A DNA stretch of 64,000 nt from an uncultured Gemmatimonadales bacterium. Its GTDB lineage: Bacteria; Gemmatimonadota; Gemmatimonadetes; Gemmatimonadales; Gemmatimonadaceae. Under the pieces are notes generated by a model. That model made no database searches. It was given only the letters and a program-made list of their open reading frames with translations, and had not been told where the DNA came from. Below, piece by piece: positions 29,479-38,482 of this stretch (within the stretch, counting starts at the first letter, position 1; the number at the start of each line of letters is the position of its first letter). The stretch spans positions 3,808,001 through 3,872,000 of the forward strand of contig OY969695.1 in the NCBI GenBank assembly GCA_963701965.1, given 5' to 3'. The position numbers were made by a program, and so were the translations under genes.

Positions 29479-29630
29479 AGCAAACCGACGGCCATAAAAC
29501 GGGTGCCCAAAATCAACTTTTCGCACCCGTGTGACTTTCGGTAAGAACCGACGTGGTCTAAGTTTACGCGCTTGGTTGCGGGCCGGTGTGACGCCGATCA
29601 CGCGCTAGCGAGTGTTGCGTCGAAACCACA
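29479..29630 (-). promoter_or_regulatory. Putative sigma54 promoter (29479-29494) with IHF-like site and upstream TGT-N12-ACA element (29613-29630)
   Basis: Minus strand TGGCCG-tcggt-TTGCT; AATCAA-cttt-TCG at 29511; TGTTGCGTCgaaaccACA shares its first 9 nt with the 6741 palindrome. Confidence 0.65.
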
Positions 29631-29648
29631 GTGTGCTTTGCACAGGAC

Positions 29649-30749
29649 ATGCCGCCAGCGCGCATCCTGCACGTCGTTGCACCTGCGGAGGTTGGAGGGC
29701 TCGAAAGCGTGGTGCGCACGTTGACCGCCGGCCAGTTGGCCCAAGGTCACGATGTGCACGTCGCCGCGGTCCTGGACCGTCCGCGGCCATCCCGCCACAC
29801 GTTTCTCGACGCGCTGGACCGGAATGGCGTCGCCACGACGGTCCTGACCGTGTCCGGCCGTGCCTATGCGCGCGAACGGGCGGCGGTGTCGGCGCTGTGC
29901 GGGCAATGGCGCCCCAATGTGGTGCATACGCATGGGTATCGGCCGGATGTCGTGGATGCGGGAGCGGCGCGGCGCGCCGGGGTGCCGGTCGTCACGACCG
30001 TGCATGGGTTCACGGGTGCCGGGTGGCGTGGGCGCCTGTATGAGTGGCTCCAACGCCGGGCCTTCCGGTCGTTCGATGCCGTGGTCGTCGTGTCGCGCCC
30101 CCTGGCCGATCGTCTGGCAGCGGATGGCGTCTCTCCCCAGCGGCTGCATCTTATTCGCAATGCGTTCGCGGCCGAAGGATGCGCCGATCGGACCGAGGCC
30201 CGGCGGGCACTCGGCCTCGGCGGTGACGGGTTCGTCGCCGGTTGGGTTGGGCGCGTCTCCCGCGAAAAAGCGGCGGACGTGTTTCTCGACGCGCTCGCGA
30301 TCCTCGACGGATCGATCGGCGCGGCGATCATCGGAGACGGCCGCGAGCGGGCCGCGTTGGCGGCGCGCACCGGCGATCGCCTTGGCGATCGCGTCCAGTG
30401 GCTCGGGCAAGTGGCCGGCGCCGCGCGGCTCATCTCGGCGTTCAATGTGCTCGTCTTGAGCTCCCGCACCGAGGGGACGCCCATCGTGCTGTTCGAGGCG
30501 ATGGCGGCCGGCGTGCCGGTCGTGGCCACGGCGGTGGGCGGCGTCCCGGATGTGGTCTCACCGGCCGAGGCGCTACTCGTGCCCAGCGAAGATCCGGCGG
30601 CGCTGGCGCGGGCGATCGCGACCGTGCGGGACGACCCCGCCGCCGCGCGCCGGCGCGCCGACGCGGCGCGGGCGCGCCTCGCCGCCGACTTCGCGCCCGA
30701 AGCCTGGGTCGAGCGCTACACCGCGGTCTACGACGCAATCCGCCGATGA
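29649..30749 (+). CDS. GT4 glycosyltransferase
   Basis: RILHV....GG.E, VVHTHG, T.HG, EK, LSSRTEGTP.VLFEAMA. Confidence 0.9.
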   Translation: MPPARILHVVAPAEVGGLESVVRTLTAGQLAQGHDVHVAAVLDRPRPSRHTFLDALDRNGVATTVLTVSGRAYARERAAVSALCGQWRPNVVHTHGYRPDVVDAGAARRAGVPVVTTVHGFTGAGWRGRLYEWLQRRAFRSFDAVVVVSRPLADRLAADGVSPQRLHLIRNAFAAEGCADRTEARRALGLGGDGFVAGWVGRVSREKAADVFLDALAILDGSIGAAIIGDGRERAALAARTGDRLGDRVQWLGQVAGAARLISAFNVLVLSSRTEGTPIVLFEAMAAGVPVVATAVGGVPDVVSPAEALLVPSEDPAALARAIATVRDDPAAARRRADAARARLAADFAPEAWVERYTAVYDAIRR

Positions 30750-31900
30750 CGATGCTGGCGTTGGCGCTCGCCGCGCTGCCGTTCGCTCTCGCGGGTTACG
30801 CCTATGTGGTGTATCCCGTGCTGCTGCGTCTTCTGGCGCGCCAGGGGACCCGACCACCGGAGCCCGAGCCGGGCGCTTGGCCGTTCATCAGCATCACGGT
30901 GCCGGCCTACAATGAAGCCCGGGCGATCGGGCCGACGCTCGACAACCTGTTGGCGGCCGACTATCCCGCTGACCGGCGCGAGATCATCGTCGTCTCCGAC
31001 GCCTCGACCGACGGGACCAATGACATCGTGCGCGGCTACGCGGCGCGCGGAGTATCGCTCGTGCGACTCCCGCAGCGGGGCGGCAAGACCGCCGCCGAGA
31101 ACGCCGCCGCCGCGGCAGTGCGCGGGGATATCGTGGTCAATACCGACGCGTCGGTCCGCATCCGGCCCGACGCGTTGAAACCCCTGATCCGGGCCTTCGG
31201 GGATCCCACGGTCGGGGTGGCGTCGGGGCGCGACGTCAGCGTGGGCGACGTCGCCGCCGAGGCCAGCGCCGGCGAATCCGGGTATGTCGGGTACGAGATG
31301 TCGCTGCGGGCCCTGGAGACGCGCGTGGGCTCGATCATTGGCGCCAGCGGGTGCTTCTACGCGTTCCGGAAAAGCGTGTACGACATGCGCTTTCCTGAAG
31401 CGCTGAGCCGGGATTTCGCCAGTGTTCTGATCGCCCGTGAGCAGGGGTTCCGGTCCGTGTCCGTGGACGACGCGGTCTGTGCCGTGCCGCGTACCGTCTC
31501 GCTCGACGCCGAATTCCGGCGCAAGATCCGCACGATGGCGCGCGGGCTGGCGACGCTCTGGTACAAGCGCGCCCTCCTCGACCCGTTTCGCTACGGCGCG
31601 TTCGCGTTCATGCTGTTCAGCCACAAACTGGCGCGGTGGCTGGTGTACGCGGCCATGCCCTTCGCTGCGCTCGGGCTCCTGATGCTCGGGTTCACGAGTC
31701 CGGTCGGCGCATGGGTGCTTGGCGCGGCCGTTCTGGGCGTGGCCATCGGTGTCGTTGGGATGCGGTGGCGCGAAGCGCCCCGCCTCGTGCGGGTGGCGGG
31801 CTTTGCGTTGGCCAGCGTGATCGCGGGTATGCTGGCGTGGCGCGACGCCCTGGCCCGCAAGCGCCGGCCGATCTGGGAGCCTACGAGACGACCAGTCTGA
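30746..31900 (+). CDS. GT2 glycosyltransferase (membrane-anchored, PgaC/IcaA-like subgroup)
   Basis: Y.YV.YP, PAYNE, SD.STD, RGGK..A.N, TDA, EF.RK.R, SHKL.RW. Confidence 0.9.
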   Translation: MTMLALALAALPFALAGYAYVVYPVLLRLLARQGTRPPEPEPGAWPFISITVPAYNEARAIGPTLDNLLAADYPADRREIIVVSDASTDGTNDIVRGYAARGVSLVRLPQRGGKTAAENAAAAAVRGDIVVNTDASVRIRPDALKPLIRAFGDPTVGVASGRDVSVGDVAAEASAGESGYVGYEMSLRALETRVGSIIGASGCFYAFRKSVYDMRFPEALSRDFASVLIAREQGFRSVSVDDAVCAVPRTVSLDAEFRRKIRTMARGLATLWYKRALLDPFRYGAFAFMLFSHKLARWLVYAAMPFAALGLLMLGFTSPVGAWVLGAAVLGVAIGVVGMRWREAPRLVRVAGFALASVIAGMLAWRDALARKRRPIWEPTRRPV

Positions 31901-32768
31901 GGCGCCAGATGACGACGGCCGCCCACAAGAACACCGTCAGCATGAGCGGGACGTCCGACCACACCGCGTCCGTCGGCGATTCGCCGCGTCCGCCCGATTC
32001 GACGATGTACCAGTAGCGGAAGAGGCCGAACAGCACGAACGGCAGCGTCACGTTCAGCTTCGGTCGCACCGTGACCACAAAGAGTCCATAGAACACGACG
32101 GCGCTCAGGGCGGCCGTCTCGGCATAGCGATCGAGCAGGTTCAGCGTGTAATGGCGCAGCACGGACCGCGCGGTATCGCCGCTCCGGGCCAACTCGTCGC
32201 GGCGCTTGATCGCGGCGAGGTAGAGGGCCAGCGACAGCGTCGTGATGAGCATCCAGCTGGAGACCGGGACGTTCAGCGCCACGGCGCCCGCATAGATCCG
32301 CAGGACGAAGCCGCCGGCGAGCGAGAACATGTCGACGACGGGCACGTGCTTCAACTTGACCGTGTACGCCAGGTTGAGCGCGATGTAGCACACGGCGACG
32401 GCGGCCGTCGGCGGGCTCCACAGAAACCCCGCGAGGACGATCGCGTATAGGGCGCCGAGGATACCCCGGGCCGTCGAGGGCTGAATGGCGCCGGACGCGA
32501 TCGGCCGCGTGCGGGATTTCACGGGGTGCGCGGCGTCGGCCTCGCGGTCGATCAGATCGTTGAAGACGTACGTGGCCGAGGACGCCGCGCAGAACAGCAG
32601 GAACGCCAGCATCGCTTCAATGACGGCCGACTGATGCCGGAACTCGCCCGAGAAGATCAGTGGGGCGAGGACGAAGCCGTTCTTGATCCACTGCCGCGGG
32701 CGCAGCAGTCGGATCGCTGCGCCCAGCCCCCGCGGCACGGAAGCGGACCGTGCCGCGATGTCGGTCAC
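31881..32768 (-). CDS. UbiA-family decaprenyl-phosphate phosphoribosyltransferase-like protein
   Basis: LRPRQWIKN, Y.FND..D...D..HP.K..RPIASG, Y...LKH, KR..E, SPT. Confidence 0.9.
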   Translation of the reverse strand: MTDIAARSASVPRGLGAAIRLLRPRQWIKNGFVLAPLIFSGEFRHQSAVIEAMLAFLLFCAASSATYVFNDLIDREADAAHPVKSRTRPIASGAIQPSTARGILGALYAIVLAGFLWSPPTAAVAVCYIALNLAYTVKLKHVPVVDMFSLAGGFVLRIYAGAVALNVPVSSWMLITTLSLALYLAAIKRRDELARSGDTARSVLRHYTLNLLDRYAETAALSAVVFYGLFVVTVRPKLNVTLPFVLFGLFRYWYIVESGGRGESPTDAVWSDVPLMLTVFLWAAVVIWRLRLVVS

Positions 32769-33559
32769 CAGCCGCCGCGCTTGAACAGCATCACGGGGAC
32801 GGTGCGGAGCATGATACGGACGTCCTCATACACGCTCTGGCGACGCAGGTACTCGAGGTCGAGGTCGACCTTCTTGCGGACGTCTTCGATGGTGCTGTCG
32901 TAGGCGAGATTGATCTGCGCCCACCCGGTGATCCCCGGCTTGGCCCGCTGGCGCAACGGATACTCGGTGATGTCCTCGCGGAGGCGGGCGAAGATGCTCG
33001 GCCGCTCGGGGCGCGGACCCACGATGTTCATGTCGCCCCGGAGGACGTTGAACAACTGCGGCAGCTCGTCGAGCCGCGTCTTCCGGAGGAAGCCGCCGAT
33101 CGGCGTTACGCGCGGGTCGTTCTTGGTGGCCCACACGGCGCCGCTTTTCTCGGCGTCGCAGTACATTGAGCGGAACTTGTAGATCGTGAAGACCGAGCCG
33201 CCGTGATCGCTGCCCCGGCGGTCGTAGAGCGCCAGCGCGCGGCGGGCGCGGCGATCGATGCCGACGCGCGTCTGCGTGTACAGGATCGGCCCCGGCGAGG
33301 TTAGCCAGACCGCGATAGCGACGATCAGGTACACCGGGAGCAGAATGACGATCGCGATCGACGCGATCACCACGTTGATCACGCGGTTGGCGCGTTCCGA
33401 GCGCGTGCGGGGGACCGTCGGTACGCTCGACGGGGTCAACGCCGCCGCGACCGCCGGCGTCGCTGTCAGATCGAAGCTGATCGCTCGCAGCGACGCGCCC
33501 GATGTACGCAGGGCACGGCGTTCGCCGGAGACGCGGGGCAGGACCACCGGTTGTGGCAT
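32765..33559 (-). CDS. Priming sugar (phosphoglycosyl) transferase, Bac_transf family
   Basis: [57 protein letters not shown]. Confidence 0.92.
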   Translation of the reverse strand: MPQPVVLPRVSGERRALRTSGASLRAISFDLTATPAVAAALTPSSVPTVPRTRSERANRVINVVIASIAIVILLPVYLIVAIAVWLTSPGPILYTQTRVGIDRRARRALALYDRRGSDHGGSVFTIYKFRSMYCDAEKSGAVWATKNDPRVTPIGGFLRKTRLDELPQLFNVLRGDMNIVGPRPERPSIFARLREDITEYPLRQRAKPGITGWAQINLAYDSTIEDVRKKVDLDLEYLRRQSVYEDVRIMLRTVPVMLFKRGGW

Positions 33560-34362
33560 TAGTGTCGCGTGATGAGGATGACGCCCGTCGCGATGCCGAC
33601 TATGGCGCCGGTCACGGGCAGAATGAGCGTCAGGAACATGTTGGAGCCCTTCGTTCCAACAGCGATCTGGTCGCCGGGGCGCAGACTCATCTGGTCGAGG
33701 GTCGCGCCATTGCGGATCGCGTTGGCCACGTCCTTCTCCTGCCATACGATGGTGCCGCCCCTCGACACCGTCGTGCGCGAGACGTCGGCATTGTTGCCGA
33801 GACCGCCCGCGTGCATGATCGCGTCACTGATCAACATGTCGGCCGGCACCGCGTAGAACCCCGGCCGAGTCACGCTACCGAGCACGGAGATTCGTACCAA
33901 GGAACCCGTGTGCACGACGGGATCACGCAGATACTTGCTCACCGCGGCATACACCTGACCTTGCAGCTCCGACCGCAGGACGCCGTGCAAGGAAACGTCG
34001 CCCAAGTTGGCCAGGTGCAAGATTTGTCCCTCGCGTACCGTCATCGTGTCGGTTAGCGTGGGCTGGCCTTGGACGGACACGTAGACGCGGTCGCCAACCG
34101 AGAAATCGCCGTTGGTCAGGCGGTCGCGCAGGTTGCTAATGTTGCGCAGTCGACGGTCTTGATCTTCCGCCGACCCTTGAGTGGAATCATGTTGTGCTGC
34201 GGCCAGCATGGCTTCGAGCTCCGGCCGGGACGCTTCCGCGCTACGCGTCGTTGGATTCTGGGGCTGCTGACCCTGTGCCGGCTTCGCCGCGCTCACTGTG
34301 ACGAGCGCCCCGAGCCCCAGGGCAAACGACATATAGCGGGCCGTCCTCACCATGATCATCAT
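33559..34362 (-). CDS. Polysaccharide export protein (Wza-like, Poly_export + SLBB)
   Basis: Signal peptide, GD.V.V.V, V...G.I.L..LG.V.L.G, I.VLG.V..PG.Y, AI..AGG, LRPGD.I.V, C-terminal helix. Confidence 0.8.
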   Translation of the reverse strand: MMIMVRTARYMSFALGLGALVTVSAAKPAQGQQPQNPTTRSAEASRPELEAMLAAAQHDSTQGSAEDQDRRLRNISNLRDRLTNGDFSVGDRVYVSVQGQPTLTDTMTVREGQILHLANLGDVSLHGVLRSELQGQVYAAVSKYLRDPVVHTGSLVRISVLGSVTRPGFYAVPADMLISDAIMHAGGLGNNADVSRTTVSRGGTIVWQEKDVANAIRNGATLDQMSLRPGDQIAVGTKGSNMFLTLILPVTGAIVGIATGVILITRH

Positions 34363-34772
34363 GCGCCGTTATGTACGCACCTGCCGTGCTAACGCGCACC
34401 CGGGAAGCCCTAGGACCTATGTGCATGTGAGCGCATGAGTTGGCATCAGCGATGGAGTGTGCGCTGGCTCACAACGTGCCTGGACTGTGGGATTGCGGCT
34501 ACACAAATCCGGCGGCCCCTCCACAAGCCGTGGTTTCCGGGAAAATGCTACCGACCCGACGCGGCTTCGCCGTGTCGCGACACGGGAGGCGTGCCGCCGT
34601 TACATCGAACCTGTGGTATGCATGCGTCAGCCTGGTCAGAAGGCTGAGTGCGTCGTGGCGAGTTAACTCCCACAGGCAGGGCGAGTTACAAAAATTCCAG
34701 CGTACTGCACGGGACATGCATGGGGACACCGGCACCGTCAGGCATTTCCCCAAGATCCTTCAGTTGCGAGCC

Positions 34773-35723
34773 ATGGGCGCTACCGCCGTCAACAAACCAC
34801 ACTCCGAGCGCATGCGAGAGAGCGAACGTCCTGCGCGTCCGCCGTTGGTCCTGATCGCCAATGATCAGGAATGGTCCGCGCGATCGTTGGAAACGATCTT
34901 GGGACCGCGCGGCTATGGCGTCCTGCGCGCGTACAACGGGCGGCAGACGTTGGAGATGGCGCGCAGTGTCCAACCGGACGCGGTGATCCTCGATGTGCGT
35001 CTCCCCGACGCTGATGGGTTCGAGATCTGCCAGGCGTTGTACGCGGAGCACCATCTGGTGTCCGGCACGCCCGTGCTGATGACGACCTCCGACCCGGTGA
35101 ATCGGGCGCAGCAGCTGGCGGCGCTGCGCGTGGGGGCGTGGGACTTCATGATGCAGCCGCTCGACGGCGACATGTTGATGCTCAAGCTCGACACCTACGT
35201 GCGCTCGAAACGCGAGGCGGATGCCTTGCGGGAGGCCGGGCTGCTGGATCCGCCGACGGGCCTCTACAACTCGCGGGGTCTGGTGCGCCGGGCGCGCGAG
35301 ATCGGTGCCGAAGCGATGCGCCGGCGTCATCCGTTGGCGTGCATCGCATTCGCGCCGGAGACGACGACGGATGATGCCGGCGCCAGGATCGCCGAACATC
35401 TGGGCGAGATCCTGGGCCGCACCGCGCGCGTGTCCGATGCGATCGGCCGTCTGGGCCAGTCCGAGTTCGCGATCGTGGCGCCGGCGACCGAGTCGGCCGG
35501 CGCCGTGCGCCTCGCCGAACGCGTGCAACAAGTGGTCGCCGCCTCACCGCTGGAGCGCGTGCGCGCCGGCTACTGTGCGGTCGCGGATTTCGCCGCGTCC
35601 GCCGTCGATGCCGTCGAGATGCTGGTACGGGCGGCGTCGGCACTCCGCCAAGGCGCGGCCGCCGGTCAACCGTCGTCGGTCATTCAGGCGTTCGACGAGC
35701 CGCCGAGCCGCTTCGCGAGCTGA
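34773..35723 (+). CDS. Response regulator receiver + degenerate GGDEF domain
   Basis: VILDVRLPD.DGFE receiver; D..TGLYN.R; RVSD-AIGRL-GQSEF. Start at 34773 or 34812. Confidence 0.85.
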   Translation: MGATAVNKPHSERMRESERPARPPLVLIANDQEWSARSLETILGPRGYGVLRAYNGRQTLEMARSVQPDAVILDVRLPDADGFEICQALYAEHHLVSGTPVLMTTSDPVNRAQQLAALRVGAWDFMMQPLDGDMLMLKLDTYVRSKREADALREAGLLDPPTGLYNSRGLVRRAREIGAEAMRRRHPLACIAFAPETTTDDAGARIAEHLGEILGRTARVSDAIGRLGQSEFAIVAPATESAGAVRLAERVQQVVAASPLERVRAGYCAVADFAASAVDAVEMLVRAASALRQGAAAGQPSSVIQAFDEPPSRFAS

Positions 35724-35730
35724 AGTCGGC

Positions 35731-38190
35731 TCACTCCTTCCCGATCAAGCCGCCGACCTGCGACGGGATCTGCGCCCGCAGCTCCCCATCGTCCAGCCGG
35801 TACCCGTACAGGTACGAGTAGTACCGATACGCCCCGGCTGCCCGGACGTCGTTCAGGATAGACCCGAGTTGCCGGACGCGGACATAGCGGTCCATCGTCT
35901 CGAGCCGCGCCTGCGCCATGTTGCGGTCGCTGCGTCCAACGCGGAGGACGACGATGAGGCTCCCGGTCGCCTTGGCCAACGCGAACGGATCGATGCCGGC
36001 GCCCAGCGGCGGGCTATCGACGATGATCGTGTCGTAGAACGGTCGGACGGACGCGATGAAGTTGTTGAGCGCGCTGGACTGGAGGAGCTCCGGACCGCGG
36101 TGGCGGCGCGTCCCGCACGTAACGAGCGTCAGTCGTTCGTAATCCGTGTCCTGGAGGACCTCATCGAGCGACGCCTGATTGAGCAGGAAGTCGAGGAGGC
36201 CGGGGGCCTGCCGCAGGCCAAACGTGTCGTGCAGCTGCCCACGACGAATGTCGCCGTCGACCAGCAGCGTGCGCCGACCCCCTTCCGCGAATGACATCGC
36301 CAGGTTCGAGGCGATGAGGGATTTCCCTTCGCCGGCGCCCGGACTCGTCATCGTGAACATGATCGGCTCGCCGGGCGGGAACAGCTCCCCGATGTGGAGA
36401 CGGATCGTGCGAAACGCTTCGACGACCTGCGCCCCGATCTCCGGATCGGCCTTGCGTTGCTTCGCGGTGGGCAGGGACGGCACCGTGCCGATGATCGGCA
36501 ACCCGAGTTCGTCGGTCGCCTGTTCCGGATAGCGGAACCGGTGGTCCAGCCGGTCGAGGAGGAGCGCCAGCCCGATGCCGGCGCCGAGCCCGCCAAAGAT
36601 CGCCATCAGGAGCGTGCGCGGGGCGGTGTTGCGGGATGGCGCTTGCGGGGGATCGGCCCGGTCCAGGATCTGGACGTCCGGGATCGCGCTCGCCTCCGCC
36701 AGCTTGGAATCCTCGAAGGACTTCGACAGGCTCGTGAACAGCTCGGACGCCGAGCCCACTTCGCGCTGCAACCGCATCAGGTCGATCGTCCGCGCCGGGA
36801 CGTTTTGCACGACCCGTTGACTCTCCGACAACTGTTGCGTGTAGATGTTGTCCTGCGCCACGAGTCGCTTGAGCGCCTGCTGTGCCAGGAGGGGAATCGA
36901 CTGCGTGTCGAGCGCGTCGAGCGCCTTCTTGGCATCCTGCACGTCTTTGAAGGCGTCCGTGTACGTGCGACGCAGCTCGCGCAGCGCCTGATCCTTGGCA
37001 TTGTGCTCGGCGATCGACGCTCGGAGGTTGTCGGCGCCGACCATGAGCGACGGCACAGCCAGCAACGCATCGGGCGTGGCCTTGCCCGCCTTCATGTCGG
37101 CCAGAATTCCCGTGACCGATTGGATATCCCGGCTCAGATTGTCGTGTTGAATCTTGAGGCTGAGGTAGGCGGTAACGGTAGGATCGCCGCCCATCGCCTG
37201 CATGCCGGGGGATGCGGGGGCCATGGCCACGGCCGTGCTTTGCTGGATATTCGTCTGCTCGAAGTTTTGGAGCGCCGCCTCGGCCTTCGTCAGCCGGTCA
37301 CGCGCGATGTTCAACTGGTTGCCAACGGTCTGCGTGAGCTGCGTGTTCTTGCGCTTCTTGAGCTCCTCGGCGACCGCGATGAACTGGTCGAGCCACGCAT
37401 TGAGGGTCGAGGACGCCTCGTTCGCGTTCCAACTATCGAGCGAGATGCGTACGAGGTTGCTCATGTCGGGCAGCACCAACGTGGCGCGCGCGGCCAACCC
37501 GTTGGACGCGTCCGAGAGCGATGAGACGCTGAACGGGACCTTGCGGGCCAGATGGAACGCGGCGGGCGGCGGCGCCCAGCGCATCCCGAGGTTGCGGCCG
37601 ATCGAGTCGCCGGCCACGCCATGCTCCAGCACCGTGCCCTTTTTCGTCGTCAGCGTGTACCGGCGGCCCGTCGCATCGACGATGAGGACGAAGTCACCCG
37701 GCTGGTAGACATCGGCCAGGGCGAAGTGCGGAAAGAAATCCGAATCTTTTTGCGCATTGTAGTGGAGATACAAGCCGAGCTTGACGACGACCGGCTGCAC
37801 GACGCGGTACGCCTTGAAGAGATCGACCCAGGCCGCCGTTTGCAGGAGTTCGCCGGACGAAATCGGCCCTCCCGAGCCGCCGCCGCTGCCACGTCCCTCA
37901 TCGGCGATCCAGATCGTGGCGTGGGCCTCGTACTCCGGCGCGATCCGCCGGGTGACCACAAAACCGCCGGCCGCGCCCATCAGCAGACACGTCGCGATCA
38001 GCCACCGAAAACGGATGAGGGCGGCAATGTAGCGGTGCCACGGAGTTTTCTTCTCCTCGGCGGCCTGCCCCTGCGACGGATCAATCGGTGGCCCCCACTG
38101 CTGAAGCGGCGCCGGAAGCTCCCCGTTCTGTGGGGCAGGCGTCAGGGCCGTCGACGGCAGTGGCGTGGGCGGGAGAGACATTCGGCTCAT
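35731..38190 (-). CDS. wzc: Wzc-type polysaccharide co-polymerase / tyrosine autokinase
   Basis: Two TMs around a coiled coil, EAFRTIR, Walker A SPGAGEGKS, LLVDGDIR, IIVDSPP, Tyr cluster YRYYSYLYGY. Confidence 0.92.
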   Translation of the reverse strand: MSRMSLPPTPLPSTALTPAPQNGELPAPLQQWGPPIDPSQGQAAEEKKTPWHRYIAALIRFRWLIATCLLMGAAGGFVVTRRIAPEYEAHATIWIADEGRGSGGGSGGPISSGELLQTAAWVDLFKAYRVVQPVVVKLGLYLHYNAQKDSDFFPHFALADVYQPGDFVLIVDATGRRYTLTTKKGTVLEHGVAGDSIGRNLGMRWAPPPAAFHLARKVPFSVSSLSDASNGLAARATLVLPDMSNLVRISLDSWNANEASSTLNAWLDQFIAVAEELKKRKNTQLTQTVGNQLNIARDRLTKAEAALQNFEQTNIQQSTAVAMAPASPGMQAMGGDPTVTAYLSLKIQHDNLSRDIQSVTGILADMKAGKATPDALLAVPSLMVGADNLRASIAEHNAKDQALRELRRTYTDAFKDVQDAKKALDALDTQSIPLLAQQALKRLVAQDNIYTQQLSESQRVVQNVPARTIDLMRLQREVGSASELFTSLSKSFEDSKLAEASAIPDVQILDRADPPQAPSRNTAPRTLLMAIFGGLGAGIGLALLLDRLDHRFRYPEQATDELGLPIIGTVPSLPTAKQRKADPEIGAQVVEAFRTIRLHIGELFPPGEPIMFTMTSPGAGEGKSLIASNLAMSFAEGGRRTLLVDGDIRRGQLHDTFGLRQAPGLLDFLLNQASLDEVLQDTDYERLTLVTCGTRRHRGPELLQSSALNNFIASVRPFYDTIIVDSPPLGAGIDPFALAKATGSLIVVLRVGRSDRNMAQARLETMDRYVRVRQLGSILNDVRAAGAYRYYSYLYGYRLDDGELRAQIPSQVGGLIGKE

Positions 38191-38226
38191 GGAAAGTTAT
38201 TCGGGTCGACGATTCAACTGAAATGT

Positions 38227-38427
38227 CGCAAGATCGGGCCCATGGCTCACGACACGGCCGGGAGTGGTCCAACCGACAGACGATCCCACGCCAGACACGT
38301 CGCGACGGCTATTCGCGGCGTCCACACCACGACAACGCATGTATGTTGACAGATTACGACACATTTGTTGATGCGTGTGCACATCGCTGTAACACAAATC
38401 CTACGAAATCTGTTGACAGATGCAACA
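38227..38427. promoter_or_regulatory. Divergent wzc / regulator control region: sigma54-like promoter (38227-38242, minus) and clustered TGT-N11/12-ACA sites
   Basis: Minus strand TGGGCC-cgatc-TTGCG; TGTTGACAGATTACGACA (38344-38361), TGTTGATGCGTGTGCACA (38366-38383), TGTTGACAGATGCAACA (38411-38427). Confidence 0.65.
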
Positions 38428-38482
38428 GTTGGTGCTTAAATAGATACCGTTCAGTGAGCGGTCTCTTATTCCTGGAGTGCCC

